A DNA stretch of 64,000 nt. Source: an uncultured Spirochaetota bacterium. GTDB lineage: Bacteria > Spirochaetota > Brevinematia > Brevinematales > JAOACQ01. Positions 10,671 through 20,900 of the stretch are shown one piece after another. A program made the translations under genes and the position numbers. The notes under the pieces were generated by a model. The model saw nothing but the letters and a program-made list of their open reading frames with translations. It had not been told where the DNA came from and ran no database searches. Location: positions 384,001 through 448,000 of the forward strand of contig CAWIGG010000005.1 in NCBI GenBank assembly GCA_963835575.1, read 5' to 3'. The stretch's first letter is position 1. Every line of letters begins with the position of its first letter.

Positions 10671-11747
10671 ATGGCTTTAATCGAACTGATCAATATTTCA
10701 AAGGATTTCGGAAAACAGAACATCAAGCCGCTGATGGGGACGAAGGAAATAAAACAGGGATTTTCCATAAAAAATCTCAATCTGACGGTGCCTGACGGCA
10801 AAACAATGGTCATTCTCGGCCCGAGCGGCTGCGGAAAAACCACGCTTTTAAAACTCATCGCCGGGCTGGAACAGCCGAATAATGGGACGATTAAATTTAA
10901 CGGCACAGATATGGCCGAAATACAGCCCTCGGAAAGAAAGATAGGCATGGTTTTTCAAAACTACGCACTCTATCCTCATCTGACTTCTGAAAACAATATC
11001 ACATCCTTTTTCTTTTTTAAAAAAAAGACGCCGGAACTGGATGACGAAAAAAAGGCCAAATTCAAAAAAACCAGCGAACTCCTCGGCGTTGAGATGGAAT
11101 ATCTTCTTGATAAAAATCCCGCCCAGTTGTCCGGCGGGGAAAAGCAGAGGGTGGCAATAGGCCGCTGTATTACAAGGGACCCGTCCATATTTCTGCTGGA
11201 CGAGCCTTTCTCAAACCTCGACGCGAAACTCCGCGAAAAATACCGCGTCGAGCTTAAAAAACTGCTGAGGCAGTTCAGCGTCACCACGGTTTATGTGACA
11301 CATGACCAGCAGGAAGCCCTGATACTTGCCGACATACTGACGGTCATGAAAGACGGGGAAATACTGCAGACGGGCACTTATGAGGAGATTTATAATAATC
11401 CCGTAAATCTATTTGCGGCCGAATTTCTTAATCCCAACAGCGAGACAAAAGCGGTCAATATTCTGGACGGCGGAACAATTTCCGAAACGCTGAAGGAAAA
11501 ATTGATAGGCGTCCGGCCGAACGATATTGTACTGCATCATTCTCAAACGGAAAATTCTCTTAAAGGCGTTGTGACGTATATACAGCAGATCCCGATCAGG
11601 AACAGTGCGGTCGTCAGCATCAATACTTGCGGCGGCGAAGTGATGACAGGGGTCCCATTAACTTCCGATTTTAAGGAAAACCGGGAAGTCTGGCTCACTT
11701 TTAAAAAACAACTGTTGTTCGATAAAATCTCGGGGAACAGACTGTAA
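10671..11747 (+). CDS. ABC transporter ATP-binding protein (MalK/UgpC-like)
   Basis: GPSGCGKT, VFQNYALYPH, LSGGEKQR, LLDEPFSNLD, VTHDQ. Confidence 0.93.
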   Translation: MALIELINISKDFGKQNIKPLMGTKEIKQGFSIKNLNLTVPDGKTMVILGPSGCGKTTLLKLIAGLEQPNNGTIKFNGTDMAEIQPSERKIGMVFQNYALYPHLTSENNITSFFFFKKKTPELDDEKKAKFKKTSELLGVEMEYLLDKNPAQLSGGEKQRVAIGRCITRDPSIFLLDEPFSNLDAKLREKYRVELKKLLRQFSVTTVYVTHDQQEALILADILTVMKDGEILQTGTYEEIYNNPVNLFAAEFLNPNSETKAVNILDGGTISETLKEKLIGVRPNDIVLHHSQTENSLKGVVTYIQQIPIRNSAVVSINTCGGEVMTGVPLTSDFKENREVWLTFKKQLLFDKISGNRL

Positions 11748-11914
11748 GAAGAGAATAATAATAAAGCCGTATGAATAAAAAATTCCTTTTTCACAAAATC
11801 TGATTTACAATAAATAGAAGATTGTTTTCAAATACTATCGATTATTCTTTTTGTTATTATTGAGCTTCAGAAAGCAATATTATACTTTTTTACTTTACAT
11901 TTGTTACAAGGAGA

Positions 11915-12038
11915 CAGCCGCAGAATGACACGGAATAACACTGAATTTTTATATTATATATAAATATAAGATTCTACTTTAAATTGCTAAAGATATTAAT
12001 GTTTTATTTCTGTGCTCTTCAGTGAAATTCTGTGGCTG
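11915..12038. repeat. Gene-less 9-nt-periodic inverted-repeat element
   Basis: CAGCCGCAGAATGACACGGAATAACACTGAA ... TTCTGTGCTCTTCAGTGAAATTCTGTGGCTG around an AT-rich spacer. Confidence 0.8.
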
Positions 12039-12118
12039 AATAATTTAGAAGATTAATGTATGATCTTATTAATATTATTTTATTATTTTAAAATCTCTGA
12101 ATAAAAAGGAGAAAACCC

Positions 12119-12655
12119 ATGTTCAACAGAAAAAAGAAACAGTGGTATAATAATAAACCCAATTATAAAAAGAATAATCAGGGTTCGGAACAGAATAGCG
12201 AAGGTATAAATGCGGCTGATAATACCGGACAGAAAACACAGCCTGAAATTGTAAAAGAGGAAGCACAAAGCGCTCCTCCTCAGGCTCAGCCGGCGGCCCC
12301 TCAGCAGGACCAAAAGAGCCCCGCCGCGGCGCAGGTAAAAGCGGCCCCGGCGCCTGAAAACAGCGGGCAGGAAGCGCCCAAGGCCGCCGCAGTCGATGTC
12401 GAATGCACCATCTGCAAAATGCCGATACGGAACCACTATACCGCGGTCCGCCATAAAGAGTCCGGCAGTCTGGTCCATTTTGACTGCGTCCTCAGGGAGC
12501 TGTCAAAGGAAAATTCATCAAAGCTGGGCAAATTCAGAAGGATCTATTATATCGGCGCCGGCAATTTCGCCATTGTCAAGGAATTTTTTGACAAGCGGGG
12601 GCATCTCAAAAGTTACGAGATCATCGAGAAAATTATGTATGAAAATAAAGACTGA
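12119..12655 (+). CDS. Hypothetical protein with low-complexity N-terminus and CxxC..HxxC domain
   Basis: RBS AGGAG; CTIC and HFDC; translationally linked to recO. Confidence 0.7.
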   Translation: MFNRKKKQWYNNKPNYKKNNQGSEQNSEGINAADNTGQKTQPEIVKEEAQSAPPQAQPAAPQQDQKSPAAAQVKAAPAPENSGQEAPKAAAVDVECTICKMPIRNHYTAVRHKESGSLVHFDCVLRELSKENSSKLGKFRRIYYIGAGNFAIVKEFFDKRGHLKSYEIIEKIMYENKD

Positions 12656-12663
12656 ATACTGAT

Positions 12664-13368
12664 ATGGCCTTCCCGAAAGGTAAATTCATTTCTTTTTACG
12701 GAATCCTGATAAAAAAAAATGACTTCGGCGAGGGAAGCACAATCCTGACCGTCCTGGACAGGGAAACCGGCAGGCTGGAAATCGCCTCTTTCGGCTCGAA
12801 TAAGGAAAAAAGCACGCGGAGGGAAGCGCTTATAGTATCGTACCTCATCTCCGGCGTCTGCTATAAAAAAAACGAGGAATCCCTCCCGTCCCTCAAGGAA
12901 GCAAGGCAGGAAGCTTCGTTCGACGCCATCACTTCCGATCTCAATAAGCTTTCCTATCTTTTTCTCATTTTTGAAACGCTTGATATTATTCTGCAGAAGG
13001 AGGAGCCGTTCGGGCTTTTTGGACTTTTCCTGGACACCATCAAAAAAATGAACGGCCAGCCGGAAAGCGAAAAATACTGCTTTTTTTTCATTATCAAACT
13101 GCTGAAAAACGAAGGCCTTCTCCCTTCCTTCATCCGGGCTGAAGAATACCAGTCCCTTCTCGGCGGCAGCGGGAACAACCCTCTCAATCTGGGGAACGGC
13201 GCCATCCGTTTTATCCAGGATATAGAACGGAATGAGTCACCGCTCTTTCTGGAAAATAAAATAATTTCCCCGTCAGTAATTAATAATATGATAGAATTCA
13301 TTTCATTTATGATAGGGCATAATTATAACAGGGAGCTTAATTCGCTTTCTCTCATAAAATCCCATTGA
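12664..13368 (+). CDS. recO: DNA repair protein RecO
   Basis: GILIKKNDFGEGSTILTVLDRETGRL N-terminal OB-fold pattern; 234 aa. Confidence 0.8.
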   Translation: MAFPKGKFISFYGILIKKNDFGEGSTILTVLDRETGRLEIASFGSNKEKSTRREALIVSYLISGVCYKKNEESLPSLKEARQEASFDAITSDLNKLSYLFLIFETLDIILQKEEPFGLFGLFLDTIKKMNGQPESEKYCFFFIIKLLKNEGLLPSFIRAEEYQSLLGGSGNNPLNLGNGAIRFIQDIERNESPLFLENKIISPSVINNMIEFISFMIGHNYNRELNSLSLIKSH

Positions 13369-13449
13369 ACCGTCTATTGACAAAATTCCCGGCAGGTTTT
13401 AATATTTTTAATAATTCCCGTTTAATACGGATATACAGGGGGACATAAA

Positions 13450-14384
13450 ATGAAAATAATTATAATTGGAATTGCTTGTTTTATCGTTTTCAGCGGCTGC
13501 AGCGGTTATCTGGGACAGGATGAATCGAAAATAAACAGCGGAACGGCAGACCATCTGGCGTTATCCGACGGCAGCGGTTATCTCAGCTCGGACTAATACA
13601 ATGAAATAACGCCGTTTTTATACCGGGACACGGCCAGCGGCAGAGCATGGCTTTTCTTCGCGTCCGACAGGCCCGGCGGCAGCGGCGGGTATGATATTTA
13701 TTACGCCGAAATGGACAGCTCGGGAAAGTTCAGCGCGCCGGTCAGGATGGACACGAATATCAACACGGTCAGCAACGAAACATCTCCTGTCGTTTTTAAA
13801 GGAATTCACACTTTTATTTCATCACCACATAGTTCAACCAATACCTATATTACATTCATCAGCAGTCTCGGCGCTTCTACAAACGTGGTCACATATATTC
13901 TTGACACAGATTTTGGTTATACAAGCACAACATCCTCTTTCAGCACCAATGCCGTCCATCTGGGCCTCAAGAATAAATACCAATACGATCCGGCATTAAT
14001 TTTAGCATCAGGCACAGGTAATTGGGAGGAAATATCCTGGGCTATTCTGAACGGTGACTGGGGAACCGGCGCCGGCCTGGGCATCAGTAATTTATCGGCG
14101 ATATATGGGACTGACGGCTATCACGAAGGAATAACCAACTGGGTTGAAAAATATCTTTTTTGCGTCCGGAAGGGAAGTAAATACCAGCTTTACGCCGGAT
14201 ATACTGATTACCTGGGCGCGAACCAATCCGCTTCCATCAGCGCTTATTCCTCAGGATATAATGATAAAGACCCCTGCATCGACCTGGAAACCTTGAAGGT
14301 CTATTTCGCTTCCGACCGCAATGGTAAAGGAACTTTGATTTGTATAGATATAATGTAAAAACTTTTGATAAAATAAAGCCATAA
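13450..14384 (+). pseudogene. Lipoprotein with PD40/TolB-like repeats, containing a nonsense codon and a 3' frameshift
   Basis: Lipobox FSGC; in-frame TAA at 13594-13596; FFASDRPGGSGGYDIY and YFASDRNG repeats; 1-nt shift near 14331 restores FDLYRY. Confidence 0.7.
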
Positions 14385-14442
14385 AATCACCTTGAACCTG
14401 TCATAAATAAGTTATTCGAGATGAAAATGAAATTTACAGACC

Positions 14443-15645
14443 TTACTGCAGTACAACCCTGTTCCGTCCCCGTCTTTTCGCGTCATAAAGCGCCAGGTCC
14501 ACGCGCTTGAGTATGTCATGCAGGGTGTCTGAATTAAGAAGCGCGGCGACGCCGAAACTGCATGTGAGATTCCCGACCTTTTGAAAATGATGATCGTCGA
14601 TTTTTTTCCGCATTCTTTCCGCGAATTCCACCGCCCCGCATTTATCCGTGTCGGGAGAAAGGATCATAAATTCCTCGCCGCCCCACCTGGCAAAAAGGTC
14701 GGTGTCGCGGATCATCGGCTTGATGACCGAGACAACCGCCACAAGGACCGCGTCGCCGGTGTCATGGCCGAAGTTATCGTTTATTTTTTTAAAGTGGTCG
14801 ATATCGAACATGATGAGCGACAGGGCGTGCCCGTACCTGGCGACTTTATGAAATTCCTCATGGAGCACCTCGTTGAATTTCTTTCTGTTGAATATTTTTG
14901 TCAATTCATCCGTTACGGAAAGGATTTTCACTGTTTCCAGGGTCCCTTCCAGCCTTCTTGTCAAAAACATATAGATGACTACAAGCAGGGAAGTGATGAT
15001 AAAAGCGATTATGCTTATGCTCAGGGTAAAAGTCGTCGCCTGATAAAATGTTTTTAATATTTCCCTTTCCACAAATTCGATTACGATAACGCCGAGGGGA
15101 TAATTTGATGTTTTATTGTTTTTTGTGATTTTCCATAATATGGGATAGTAATAAACATAAAATCTTCTGCTGCCCCTCTGCACCACATTCAATTTCAGTT
15201 CCTTCAAACCCAGATAGTTCTTCATTTCCCCGCCGGATATTTTTTTCCCGATTTCATTATAATCCAGGCTGCCTATGATCTCGCCCTCGTAAGAGATATT
15301 ATCATCTTTATCTTTATTCCTGATATACTCGATAACATGCGTTTTATAAAGTCCTTCAATCGCCGCGCTCTTTAAATTTTTAATATAATCGTTGATCACC
15401 GCCTTTTTATCCAGGGTAATGGCCTCTATCGAAACGCTGGAAAGGCCGATGGCCGTGGATTTACACATGTCTTCAGTCTTCTGGATGATCGCCTGTCTTT
15501 CACTGTAAAGAAAAAGAGAACTTAATAGAAATAGTATGCTCAGGATCAGAAAAGAAATTATGGGGACAATTTTGTGCCTGACGCCGAAAAGTCTGTTTAT
15601 CAAAAAATCATTGATGAAGGCATTAATTTTACTTTGTTTTTTCAT
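14443..15645 (-). CDS. Membrane-bound diguanylate cyclase (GGDEF)
   Basis: Two TM segments; TDELTKIFNRK, DIDHFKKIND, ARWGGEEF, RDTD I-site. Confidence 0.93.
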   Translation of the reverse strand: MKKQSKINAFINDFLINRLFGVRHKIVPIISFLILSILFLLSSLFLYSERQAIIQKTEDMCKSTAIGLSSVSIEAITLDKKAVINDYIKNLKSAAIEGLYKTHVIEYIRNKDKDDNISYEGEIIGSLDYNEIGKKISGGEMKNYLGLKELKLNVVQRGSRRFYVYYYPILWKITKNNKTSNYPLGVIVIEFVEREILKTFYQATTFTLSISIIAFIITSLLVVIYMFLTRRLEGTLETVKILSVTDELTKIFNRKKFNEVLHEEFHKVARYGHALSLIMFDIDHFKKINDNFGHDTGDAVLVAVVSVIKPMIRDTDLFARWGGEEFMILSPDTDKCGAVEFAERMRKKIDDHHFQKVGNLTCSFGVAALLNSDTLHDILKRVDLALYDAKRRGRNRVVLQ

Positions 15646-15661
15646 TCAGCTTTTATTCTCC

Positions 15662-16774
15662 TTAACGGATATCGTCCCAATCCTTGAACAGAGGCTCATA
15701 ACCTTCCGCCGCTATAACCCCTGCTATTTCCGTGACGCTTCTATGGTCGGCAACCTCGAACTGCGGCGTTGATATTATTTCCTTATCGGGATAATATCCC
15801 CCGACGCTCGTGCTTGATCCGGCCGACATTTTCGTCACACCCAGCGGCAGAATTTGGTCGCGGAAAAGAGCGTTCTCCCTGGTCGACACGGTAATCCCCG
15901 CCCTCGGCAGAAAAAGCCGGAACGCGGTCAGAAATTGAACGAATTTTTTATCATTCAAAAGGTGAAGGGCTTTAAAATGCCCTTCCGCCTCATTCAGCCG
16001 GGGAAGTGAAACGCTCACTTCAGTTTCCGGGTAACTGTCCTGAAGGTATTTCGCGTGCAGGCCGCAGAAGAAGGCTTCTGTTACCGGTTCTCCCAGTCCG
16101 AACAGGGGCCCGATATTGACGGACCGCAGTCCGGCAATCGCCCCTCTTTTCGGGGCTTCCAGCCGGTACTCATAATTCCTTTTAGGACCGGCAAGATGGA
16201 CCCTGCCGTATATTTCCCTGTCATACACTTCCTGATAGATCGTCAGGCCGTCAATCCCCGCGTTTTTTAATTTTTTATAATCCCCGGTTTCCATGGGAAA
16301 CACTTCAATCGATACAGAAGCGAAATATTTTTTCAGGATGCCTGCCGCGTCCATTATATAAGAAAGCGGAGTGACTTCTTTCGCCTCGCCGGTAAGGAAG
16401 AGGACGTGCTTGATGCCCGTCCGCGAAATTTCCAGGGCGTTTTTTCCCACTTCTTCAAGTGAAAGTTTTGCCCGCTGAATTTTATTCTTATGATTAAAGC
16501 CGCAATAGGCGCATTCATTCGAGCAGTAATTCGATATATAAAGCGGAATGTACAGCTGGATCGTTCTGCCGAAATATTGAAGGGTCAGCCGGTGGGATTT
16601 CCTGGCCATTTCTTCCAGACAGGGTAAAGCCGTATCGGAAAGGAGATTCAAAAAATCGAATTCGGAAAGTTTGTCTTTATTAAGGCTTTTCCGTACATCT
16701 TCAACCGTTACTTTGCTGAAATAACCTTTAAAGTCAAAAGATTCCCATTTATTTAAAATCTGTATAAAAGACAT
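15662..16774 (-). CDS. thiH: 2-iminoacetate synthase ThiH (radical SAM)
   Basis: PLYISNYCSNECAYCGF, LTGE, YQEVY, STRE, SAGSSTSVGGY, QFEVADHRS, KDWD. Confidence 0.92.
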   Translation of the reverse strand: MSFIQILNKWESFDFKGYFSKVTVEDVRKSLNKDKLSEFDFLNLLSDTALPCLEEMARKSHRLTLQYFGRTIQLYIPLYISNYCSNECAYCGFNHKNKIQRAKLSLEEVGKNALEISRTGIKHVLFLTGEAKEVTPLSYIMDAAGILKKYFASVSIEVFPMETGDYKKLKNAGIDGLTIYQEVYDREIYGRVHLAGPKRNYEYRLEAPKRGAIAGLRSVNIGPLFGLGEPVTEAFFCGLHAKYLQDSYPETEVSVSLPRLNEAEGHFKALHLLNDKKFVQFLTAFRLFLPRAGITVSTRENALFRDQILPLGVTKMSAGSSTSVGGYYPDKEIISTPQFEVADHRSVTEIAGVIAAEGYEPLFKDWDDIR

Positions 16775-16850
16775 GATTTTCTCCAGTTATATTGTAATTC
16801 CACTTTAAAGCATTTAATGGAACCAATCATGAAAATTCTACAACCAGTCT

Positions 16851-17006
16851 TCCGCCAAGCCACGCGAATACACGCGAATTTCTATATTAGCTAATAATAT
16901 CAATATAACTTATTTTGCTAATACTGTCCATTGCTGATAAAGAAATAAGCCGGGTATAATTTACTATCCGCATTTATTGGGGCGTTTATCAGCGTGCATT
17001 AGCGGA
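16851..17006. repeat. Gene-less periodic inverted-repeat element (CACGCGAAT subfamily)
   Basis: TCCGCCAAGCCACGCGAATACACGCGAATT ... GCGTTTATCAGCGTGCATTAGCGGA. Confidence 0.7.
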
Positions 17007-17033
17007 TTACCCATAGATCATAACCAGGAAATG

Positions 17034-17870
17034 TCATCCCATCGAGTTATAAATTTTTTTAAGCAGAAGCGTGTCTCCCTCTCCGTTCGGGCTTTCACAG
17101 ACCAGTACTCCGCAGACTTCATAATCCCGCAAGGCCTTCAGGAACTCGCGCGTTTTAAAATCGCTCAAGCGCGTGATCACATGCTTCTGCTCCCCTCTGA
17201 GGGAATACTTTATCCCTGAAAAATGCATGTGCATTTCCTTTAAAGCTTCCTCGCCCAGCTCTTTTTTGATGTATTCGAACACCCCGGCGAATTCCTCATA
17301 GCTGTTGTATCTGCCGGTCCTCGCGTGCAGGTGCGCGAAATCGATGCACGGCTTGATCGGCCCGCCCAGGTCCTTCGAGAGGCTGACGATCTCCTCCAGC
17401 GTGCCGAACTGGGAGATTTTCCCCATCAGTTCCGGCCTGAGAGATACCCGAAGTCCTTCTTTTTCTATTATCGCGGAGATATGCTGTAAATGCTCGCGAA
17501 TGGCGGGATAGACCTCGGCCGGTTTTGTCCCCATGTAATAGGCCGCATGAAAAACAATACTGTACCCGTTAGCGCAGTCCAAAATTCTGGCAGTGTTGAG
17601 GATATGTTCATAGCTTTTATTGACCTTATGTTTTTCCCGGGCGTAGAGATTGATGTAATATGGGGCGTGGGCCGTTAAAACGAGCCCTGATTCTTTCGCT
17701 AATTTTCCGACCTGCCTCATCCTGATATAATCCACTATAACGCCGCGGACATACTCTATTTCCATACCGTCCAGGCCCAGCTCTTTAACGCGATTGAGCC
17801 CGTTTTCCATAGATTTATTGGGTTTTGTCGAAAGGGGAATACCCGGCGTCAGAAAATGAAGTTTATTCAT
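17034..17870 (-). CDS. Endonuclease IV-like TIM-barrel protein
   Basis: HAPYYINL, VFHAAYY, PELMGK, CIDFAHLHAR, HMHFSG, GEQKH, CESP. Confidence 0.85.
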   Translation of the reverse strand: MNKLHFLTPGIPLSTKPNKSMENGLNRVKELGLDGMEIEYVRGVIVDYIRMRQVGKLAKESGLVLTAHAPYYINLYAREKHKVNKSYEHILNTARILDCANGYSIVFHAAYYMGTKPAEVYPAIREHLQHISAIIEKEGLRVSLRPELMGKISQFGTLEEIVSLSKDLGGPIKPCIDFAHLHARTGRYNSYEEFAGVFEYIKKELGEEALKEMHMHFSGIKYSLRGEQKHVITRLSDFKTREFLKALRDYEVCGVLVCESPNGEGDTLLLKKIYNSMG

Positions 17871-17873
17871 TGC

Positions 17874-18305
17874 TTAATCCATATTCTTAAATTCCAGAAG
17901 CTCCAGGAAAAAATCCTTGGACGGATAGAAAATATCTTCCGATTCCAGAATACCCTCTTTAGTAAAAAACCGGACATCTTTAATTGACTCGTCAAGCGCT
18001 TTCACTTTAATGTCTTTCAGCTCTTCTTCAGACAATTCAGTCAGAAAGCCGATCTTGACAATATGCCTTGGGTTTTCCATATCGATAAACTCGTCCACAA
18101 AAACCAGCTCTTTCACTTCAGTATTTTCAAGACCCAGCTCTTCCCTCAGTTCGCGCTCTAAGGAAGATGAAAGCTTTTCGCCCTGTTCAACGTGGCCGCC
18201 CGGAAGGACCCAGTATGCCTTTCCTTTCTTTTTATGCAGGGCGATCAACAACTCGTCTGAAGAATTATAAATAACCGCTTCCACGCGTACCTGAATCTTT
18301 CCCAT
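17874..18305 (-). CDS. NUDIX hydrolase
   Basis: LPGGHVEQGEKLSSSLERELREELGL Nudix box. Confidence 0.92.
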   Translation of the reverse strand: MGKIQVRVEAVIYNSSDELLIALHKKKGKAYWVLPGGHVEQGEKLSSSLERELREELGLENTEVKELVFVDEFIDMENPRHIVKIGFLTELSEEELKDIKVKALDESIKDVRFFTKEGILESEDIFYPSKDFFLELLEFKNMD

Positions 18306-18319
18306 AATCCAACCTCTAA

Positions 18320-18352
18320 ATGTAGAGACGCACGAATCGTGCGTCTCTACAT
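18320..18352. repeat. GTAG-type REP palindrome
   Basis: ATGTAGAGACGCACGA-A-TCGTGCGTCTCTACAT perfect palindrome in an intergenic gap. Confidence 0.8.
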
Positions 18353-18356
18353 CTTA

Positions 18357-19961
18357 TCACCGTTTATTGGCTAATTCAACATGAATGCGGCGGCCTTTAT
18401 ATTGCGCGCCGTTGAGAGACTCCAGAAACTTTGAGGAATACTGGGACGGAACGCTTACAAAAGAGAATTTTTCAAGCAGGGCGATATCGCCGATATCCCG
18501 CCCGCTGATCCCGCTTTTCTGAAAGATCCAGTCAATAAGGTCTTTTACCCCGATTTCATCCTTCCTGCCGAGCGTCACAAAAAACCGGGTCGTTTCTTCC
18601 TCATCCGTCGAAAATCCGATGCTGGGTTCTTCCGTCCCTTTCCTGTCCAGCATCATTTTCATCAGCGCTGCCGCCACCTCGATTGAGGAATATTCCTCAA
18701 GTGTATCGGAAATCATGGTGATGTATTTATCCAGCTCGCCGCTTTCAATGTTTTCCTTGATGGAAGAAACAAAAGCCTGGCTCCGGATATTCTCGACATC
18801 CTTTAAAGTCGGTATGCTTTTTCTTTCAATCTTAGACTTTATGAAGATTTCAATATCCTTTAATTTCCTGAATTCTTTTATTGTGACAAATGTGATCGCC
18901 ATACCGTCTTTTCCCGCCCGCGCCGTCCTGCCGATCCTGTGCACATAATATTCCTCATCCTGGGGAAGGTCATAGTTAAAAACGATGTCGATATCATCCA
19001 CATCAATGCCCCTCGCGGCCACGTCAGTCGCGATGAGTATTTCAAAATCATTGTTGCGGAAACGCTTCATCACATAATCGCGCTGGGTCTGCTTCATGTC
19101 GCCGTGGAGGCCTTCAACGGAATAGCCCGCCGCGTGTATCTTTTCCTTCAGTTCCTCCACGCCGACCTTTGTTTTGACAAAAACGATGGCAAGTTTCGGA
19201 TTATAAAAATCAATAAGCCTCGTCAAAACCGCCGGCTTGTCGCTTCCCCTGACCTCAAAATAAAACTGCCTGACCATGGGAACGGTCAGCTCTTTATGGA
19301 CAATCTTTATAAACCGCGGATTTTTCTGGAATTTTTTCGCGAGCCTCGTTATCTCTTCCGGCATTGTGGCCGAAAAAAGGACCGTCTGCTTGTCCGGGTC
19401 TGTCGTGTTTGTCAGTATATCCCTCACATCGTCCAGAAAACCCATATCCAGCATTTCATCCGCCTCGTCAAGGACAACGGTTTTGACTTCGTCCAGATGC
19501 ATCGTGCCGCGCCTCAAATGGTCCAGGATCCTTCCCGGGGTCCCTATAACGGCATGAACCCCCTGCTTGAGCGCCCTGAACTGCCTGTCAATCGACTGGC
19601 CGCCGTAGATCGGCACAATATTAAATCCTTTGTGAAACTTGGCCAGTTTATTGATCTCTTCCGCGACCTGAATGGCAAGCTCACGCGTCGGCGTCAGGAC
19701 CAGCGCCTGAATGTGCTTGGAATGATAATTCATTTTCTCAATGATCGGTATGCCGAATGCCGCGGTTTTGCCCGTGCCTGTCTGGGCCTGCCCGACTATG
19801 TCCTCGCCAGTCATCATGGCGGGTATGGCCAGGCTCTGGATCGGCGACGGTTCGGCGAAACCCATCTCCTCAATCGCCTTAAGAGTTTTCGGCGAAAGGT
19901 TCATTTCATTGAACGACCGGATTTCCAGGCTGTTTTCTTTTTCTACTTGTTTCTCATCCAT
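18357..19961 (-). CDS. DEAD-box RNA helicase (DeaD/CshA-like, DbpA RNA-binding domain)
   Basis: AQTGTGKT, PTRELA, DEAD, SAT, HRIGRTAR. Confidence 0.95.
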   Translation of the reverse strand: MDEKQVEKENSLEIRSFNEMNLSPKTLKAIEEMGFAEPSPIQSLAIPAMMTGEDIVGQAQTGTGKTAAFGIPIIEKMNYHSKHIQALVLTPTRELAIQVAEEINKLAKFHKGFNIVPIYGGQSIDRQFRALKQGVHAVIGTPGRILDHLRRGTMHLDEVKTVVLDEADEMLDMGFLDDVRDILTNTTDPDKQTVLFSATMPEEITRLAKKFQKNPRFIKIVHKELTVPMVRQFYFEVRGSDKPAVLTRLIDFYNPKLAIVFVKTKVGVEELKEKIHAAGYSVEGLHGDMKQTQRDYVMKRFRNNDFEILIATDVAARGIDVDDIDIVFNYDLPQDEEYYVHRIGRTARAGKDGMAITFVTIKEFRKLKDIEIFIKSKIERKSIPTLKDVENIRSQAFVSSIKENIESGELDKYITMISDTLEEYSSIEVAAALMKMMLDRKGTEEPSIGFSTDEEETTRFFVTLGRKDEIGVKDLIDWIFQKSGISGRDIGDIALLEKFSFVSVPSQYSSKFLESLNGAQYKGRRIHVELANKR

Positions 19962-20877
19962 TATTTTTTCTCCATTTAATTTGATATTTGCTTTCTATAC
20001 TGAGATTAATCTCTTTTATCATCATTTTTTTACAGATCAGGGAGGTTTCCATATATGTTCCGTCTCCCCCGTATTTCATATCTCCTGCCACGGGATGTCC
20101 CGCAGCCCGGCACACAGCCCTTATCTGGTGATGGCGGCCCGTCCATATCTCAACTTCGCATAAAGTCATATCCTCGTTGTTTGACAGCGGCCTTATGATA
20201 GTCGCCGAAATTTCCGGCGAATAAATATATTTCTGCTTTAACCAGTTTTCCTTATCAGGGATTTTATTTGTCATGTTTAAATTCCTGACCTCCACAACAC
20301 TCCGGCCCGGCAGACGCGCGATATCAGCCTCAATAAACACTTCTTCCTTCAGGCTCCCTTTCAGGAGGGTATGATATATTTTCAGCACCTTCCCCGCCCG
20401 GAAATATTCCGAAAATCTCCTGGCCGCCTCATAATTCCGGGCGAATAAAACTATGCCCGCTGTATTTTTATCAATCCGGTGCACAGGGACAACAAATTCA
20501 TAAGATTCATTATTTTGATAAAGATAGGCTTTGACCCTTTCATTGAGAGAACCCTGACAATCCTTTTTATGAGAAGAATGGACCGCTGTTTTATCATCCT
20601 TATCGACTGCAATAATCTGATCATCAGAATAGAGAACGTCCAGATGCCCGGGCAAATTTAAAAATTTATCTTTCTTTTCCATCAATTCGAGAAACTTTGA
20701 GTATATCTCATCATTTTGCTTGACAACTGCCGAGCCTTCGGCTTTTCTTCCGTTTATCAGGATCAATCCTTTTCTGAACAGTTTGTATAGATAAACCTTC
20801 GTGCCGTCTGTCTTTCTCAGCAGGTATTTTATCGCCTTTTGACCGCTTTCGGAAACATCCACTATGATTTTCAACAC
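19954..20877 (-). CDS. RluA-family pseudouridine synthase
   Basis: S4-like N-terminus, VHRIDKNTAG, TGRHHQIR, PVAGDMKYG. Confidence 0.9.
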   Translation of the reverse strand: MLKIIVDVSESGQKAIKYLLRKTDGTKVYLYKLFRKGLILINGRKAEGSAVVKQNDEIYSKFLELMEKKDKFLNLPGHLDVLYSDDQIIAVDKDDKTAVHSSHKKDCQGSLNERVKAYLYQNNESYEFVVPVHRIDKNTAGIVLFARNYEAARRFSEYFRAGKVLKIYHTLLKGSLKEEVFIEADIARLPGRSVVEVRNLNMTNKIPDKENWLKQKYIYSPEISATIIRPLSNNEDMTLCEVEIWTGRHHQIRAVCRAAGHPVAGDMKYGGDGTYMETSLICKKMMIKEINLSIESKYQIKWRKNNG

Positions 20878-20900
20878 TTTCTTATTACCGGACCCCGAAC

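Noticed and set aside
18939..19979. 346-aa antisense ORF over the DEAD-box helicase (similar ones over kdpB and the hydrolase)
   Set aside because: Shadow ORFs of conserved genes, explained by codon bias.
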